DNA from: an uncultured virus (IMG/VR IMGVR_UViG_3300025133_000065)
Taxonomy: Duplodnaviria > Heunggongvirae > Uroviricota > Caudoviricetes
Length of the DNA stretch: 20,000 nucleotides
Virus record (IMG/VR): IMGVR_UViG_3300025133_000065
Reading direction: 5' to 3' (one strand)
Shown here: piece by piece, positions 16,702-20,000 of the stretch
How the letters are laid out: each line of letters opens with the position of its first letter
Position numbering within the stretch: position 1 is the first letter of the stretch
Translations under genes and position numbers: made by a program
The notes under the pieces: generated by a model
What the model saw: only the letters and a program-made list of their open reading frames with translations
Told to the model about the DNA's origin: nothing
Databases searched by the model: none

Positions 16702-19700
16702 TAAAATAAATTATTCTTTAAAGTCTTTATAATTGCTTTTTTAATATTCTCTGAAACTGTTTCTTCACCCTGAGAGGTAAATTGTGCTTTATCCGCTTTT
16801 TGCTTTTCATATTCAGGTGTAGTAACAGGATTCAACTCTGGTGAAATATCATTTTCAAACTTGTCAAAGTATAATAATAAATTAGTTACCAGATATTCTT
16901 TAAATTCTTTTCTATCGTTTTCATTATGTAGTGTTCTATAATTTCTTGTAACAGCGTCAATAGTCTTTTTGTATACGTCAACTGATTCATCTCTACCAGT
17001 TTCATCCAACCCTGGAATCTGTGGCAATGGAATATTTGTTTTTTTACCTTCAACATCTTTTAGTGTTACACCCGCATCTTTTTTGATTTGATTGTCATCA
17101 TCTGATTCAAGGTCTTCAATGTCCGCACTTAAGTCAGATGAATCCTCATCATCTTTAACATTAACTTCAATTTCTTCTTGTTCTTCAAGAGCGGAACCTC
17201 CAAGCATTCCAACAACTTCCCCACCAGAAGCATTACGAATTGCGTCTTGAGGTGAAAGAGTGTCGATTAATGCTTTAAGATAATGCTGCTTAAACGAATC
17301 TCTTTGTTCCTTATCAGTGGTTAATGATTTATATCCACTTTCTACTGTTGGAAGAACAATTTTTAACGCTTGAATTAATTTATTTAATCCAGTAGATTTT
17401 GTTGGAGTATCATTCTCCTTTATAATCTGTCTAATAATTTCTCTTAATTGTTTTTTTTCATTTAACATTTGATCTCTCTCTTTGGTAATTAAATGTCTGA
17501 TTACATAGCGTAATTGTTCTCTATAAATAGTTTGTTTGGGCTTCTTATCACCCGAAATAAAAGGGGGGGCAAATCCACTGCCTCCACCGCTGACGGCACC
17601 TGCACCCATAGAAGATTCTTCTAAGCCACCACCAAGTAAATTAAACATACTTTTTGTATCATCATCAGAAAGTTTTTCTGGCATAAACGCCTTAAAGGCT
17701 TCAAAATCCCCTTCACTAATTGCTTTTCTCATATCTGTAGCAGATAGTTTTTCACCACCTTCTGCTCCAATTAAATCAATCTTAAGTGGCTCAAAAATAA
17801 ATTTGCTTCCTTTCTTATCATTAAGATATTTGGCAGCATTTTTTACAAATCCGATATGTTCATCAAACGGGGAAACAGCAACCACTTTGGAATTTGGATC
17901 TAATTCATTTTCCATTCTAAGACCAATTCTTAAAAATGGACTTGTTGAACTTATTATAGAGCCATCTTTCTTTTTTCTATTTGTTTCAAAACGGTCAAAG
18001 TAATCAAGTTCCACTTCGTTATTAATTCCATACTTTTCAATGTATTTTTCCCAAACTTGCTTTGCTTGTTCGGCACTAATTTCTAAATCGCCCGCAGTTC
18101 TTTTTGTTGGACCGCTTGTGATATGAATAATGGCATTAGGATATTCTTTTACTGCCTGAAGGAGTAGGGAAAGATGTCCCTTGTGTGGTGGCTTGAACCC
18201 CCCTGGAATAAAGACATGGGTTTCTGAATCTTCAAGGTCTGATAGTTCATCATCAAATTCAACCTGCTCTCTAACTACCGCACGATTCGCTTTCGTAAAT
18301 TTAGAGCGATCGACCAATTTTATTAGATTACCTTCATCAGAAAGAACATATCCTTCCCCTACCTCTTCATCTCCGAGAGACTGACTAAATGGCAGCCCAC
18401 CTTCAGTATCAATATTTGTAATAACCTCATCTTTGATTTTCATTGTTCTTGAAACAATGTTCCAAATAGTATCATAAGTCTTTTTATTTTCTGAAATATA
18501 ATTTGTTACATTTTTCTTTTTTTGATTTGAAATTTTTGGTTTACTGTCCATCCATTCGATAAAGTCACCACCTAAATTCTCTAATCCAGTGTCTACCTTG
18601 CTATTAAGATATGTGTAGAATAAAGATGGTAGGTTTGAAAGCGCAAGTTTGCGGAGCTTTTCTGCATTAAAGAATTCATCAATTGCTGTTGAGTTTTGTT
18701 GTACAGAATTTATTACCTCTGAAACTTCAACATCATCAACTCCAATTGGCTTCTCAATAAATGTCTTTCCGAAAAAAAGAATATTTGGGTCTGGTGTCAT
18801 ACCTTCGAAATCTAATGGTTGGTTCTCAAGAGTTTCGACATCCTTCTTTAAATGTAAAACAATACCAACATCAGAATCTGCAATTTTTTTACCTATTTCT
18901 GAATTAACATCAACTTTGTATTTAACCATATTTGGTTTAAAAGTAAACTTACCATCTTCAGTTTCAGGTCTGTTAAAATAAAGAACTTCGCCAAAGAAAT
19001 AGCCTCGATAATCTGAATCAACTGATTTTTCTGCAAGTCTAAATGCTTTTTGCATTTTTGGTGTTATATTAGAATATCTTTTTTGAAATACTTCATCTGG
19101 GGTCATTCCCATCTTTTTAGCGGCACGTTGTGCTCTGGAGCGGTACATACCTTCCATCTCTTCTTCTGATTCAACCTTGCCTTTATAAGACTTAACACCA
19201 AATCCACTCTTATCAGTAAAAATAAATTTACCATCTGCATCACGACCAAAAATTACTGCGGGTGAACCATCCCACTTTAATGAAGTTTCGGGACGACTTT
19301 CAGGATCACTCATTCTTTCAAGTGCTTTTAATGCGCGCAATGCGCCTTCGCTACCTTCAAAGAAGATAAGGTCTTCGGCATGTTGAATACGAGGCTCGAT
19401 TTTTTTTGCTTCATTTAAAGTTTCATCACGGTGTGGAAACTCAAAATCTGCTTTTTCACGGATTGCATTATAAACATCATCAGGATATTTTTCTTTATCA
19501 GAAATAATTTTAAATACTGTGTGAATACTATCAAAATCTTTAGGCTTGTACCCAGGTCCTAAAACCTTGTCTACGACCTCCTGTGGGTTGTTTGTTCTTT
19601 CCCCTGTCTCTCTATCCTTTAATCCGAAGAAAGGGCTCCACGCCAATCCTCGTTGGGTTGCAATGGCATTGATGAGTAGCTGTCTGTCTCGACCGTTATA

Positions 19701-20000
19701 TTCACCTTCTGGCTCCCCCTTAATTGCCCAAAGCATAAAATCTGGATTACCAAACATTAAATCTGTTTGGACAAAACCATTTGCTTCATCACCGCGAATC
19801 GGAGTTTTAAAATGAACTGATGATCCCGTTTTTGCAACCCATTGGCGTAACTTTTGTTTTGTTTCTTTTGCGCTTGAGTTTGCTAAATTAAGTTCTGGAT
19901 GGTTTTTATCTAACCATATTTTTAATTTATTAACCAAGTCATCTTTTGTGACTTTATTTTTATCAATCGCAATATCTAAATCGCCAGAAGTTTCTTTTTT
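16701..20000 (-). CDS. Large multidomain protein, 5' truncated: Pol-beta-like NTase + ligase-like (KWDG) domain + HIGH cytidyltransferase-like domain + acidic/helical C-terminus
   Basis: The frame stays open to the window edge, adding KKETSGDLDIAIDKNKVTKDD before the track's TTG start. Motifs: SGDLD and VQTDLM; KWDG, FFGEVLY, EGYVL, IKLVDR; PGGFKPPHKGH and LSATDMRK. Confidence 0.8.
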   Translation of the reverse strand, partial: KKETSGDLDIAIDKNKVTKDDLVNKLKIWLDKNHPELNLANSSAKETKQKLRQWVAKTGSSVHFKTPIRGDEANGFVQTDLMFGNPDFMLWAIKGEPEGEYNGRDRQLLINAIATQRGLAWSPFFGLKDRETGERTNNPQEVVDKVLGPGYKPKDFDSIHTVFKIISDKEKYPDDVYNAIREKADFEFPHRDETLNEAKKIEPRIQHAEDLIFFEGSEGALRALKALERMSDPESRPETSLKWDGSPAVIFGRDADGKFIFTDKSGFGVKSYKGKVESEEEMEGMYRSRAQRAAKKMGMTPDEVFQKRYSNITPKMQKAFRLAEKSVDSDYRGYFFGEVLYFNRPETEDGKFTFKPNMVKYKVDVNSEIGKKIADSDVGIVLHLKKDVETLENQPLDFEGMTPDPNILFFGKTFIEKPIGVDDVEVSEVINSVQQNSTAIDEFFNAEKLRKLALSNLPSLFYTYLNSKVDTGLENLGGDFIEWMDSKPKISNQKKKNVTNYISENKKTYDTIWNIVSRTMKIKDEVITNIDTEGGLPFSQSLGDEEVGEGYVLSDEGNLIKLVDRSKFTKANRAVVREQVEFDDELSDLEDSETHVFIPGGFKPPHKGHLSLLLQAVKEYPNAIIHITSGPTKRTAGDLEISAEQAKQVWEKYIEKYGINNEVELDYFDRFETNRKKKDGSIISSTSPFLRIGLRMENELDPNSKVVAVSPFDEHIGFVKNAAKYLNDKKGSKFIFEPLKIDLIGAEGGEKLSATDMRKAISEGDFEAFKAFMPEKLSDDDTKSMFNLLGGGLEESSMGAGAVSGGGSGFAPPFISGDKKPKQTIYREQLRYVIRHLITKERDQMLNEKKQLREIIRQIIKENDTPTKSTGLNKLIQALKIVLPTVESGYKSLTTDKEQRDSFKQHYLKALIDTLSPQDAIRNASGGEVVGMLGGSALEEQEEIEVNVKDDEDSSDLSADIEDLESDDDNQIKKDAGVTLKDVEGKKTNIPLPQIPGLDETGRDESVDVYKKTIDAVTRNYRTLHNENDRKEFKEYLVTNLLLYFDKFENDISPELNPVTTPEYEKQKADKAQFTSQGEETVSENIKKAIIKTLKNNLF

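Noticed and set aside
17540..17630. GC-rich patch as a possible RNA structure or insertion
   Set aside because: Explained by a Gly/Ser/Ala/Pro-rich linker (GGGLEESSMGAGAVSGGGSGFAPP) within the large ORF.
19935..19937. TTG start for the large ORF given by the track
   Set aside because: The frame is open to the window edge and encodes the SGDLD motif upstream, so the true start lies outside the window.

Overview
AT-rich, very densely packed window in which every credible gene is on the minus strand, with overlapping or abutting start/stop codons and bacterial-type Shine-Dalgarno signals. Gene content most resembles a large uncultured dsDNA bacteriophage; this is inference, since no capsid, terminase or tail gene is present. 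In transcription order (right to left): a >1100-aa protein, truncated by the window edge, that appears to fuse three unrelated nucleotidyltransferase folds (Pol-beta-like, ligase-like KxDG, HIGH/cytidyltransferase-like) plus a duplicated helical C-terminal domain; a Fis-like HTH protein; two small basic ORFs; a short purA; clpP; PIN-PhoH; a small acidic ORF; an HExxH zincin; a Rho_N-like protein; a solo Cas4/AddB-like nuclease. An ~11-kb glycosylation island follows: five glycosyltransferases, a minimal split transketolase-like pair, an SDR, an RfbH/DdhC-type 3-dehydrase, an RmlB-type dehydratase, fcl, an FkbM methyltransferase and the start of gmd (missed by the ORF track). The best candidates for new biology are the triple-nucleotidyltransferase polyprotein and a putative branched-chain 3,6-dideoxy sugar pathway. 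No tRNA, rRNA, CRISPR array or IS element was seen. All calls are from motif reading by eye, not database searches.
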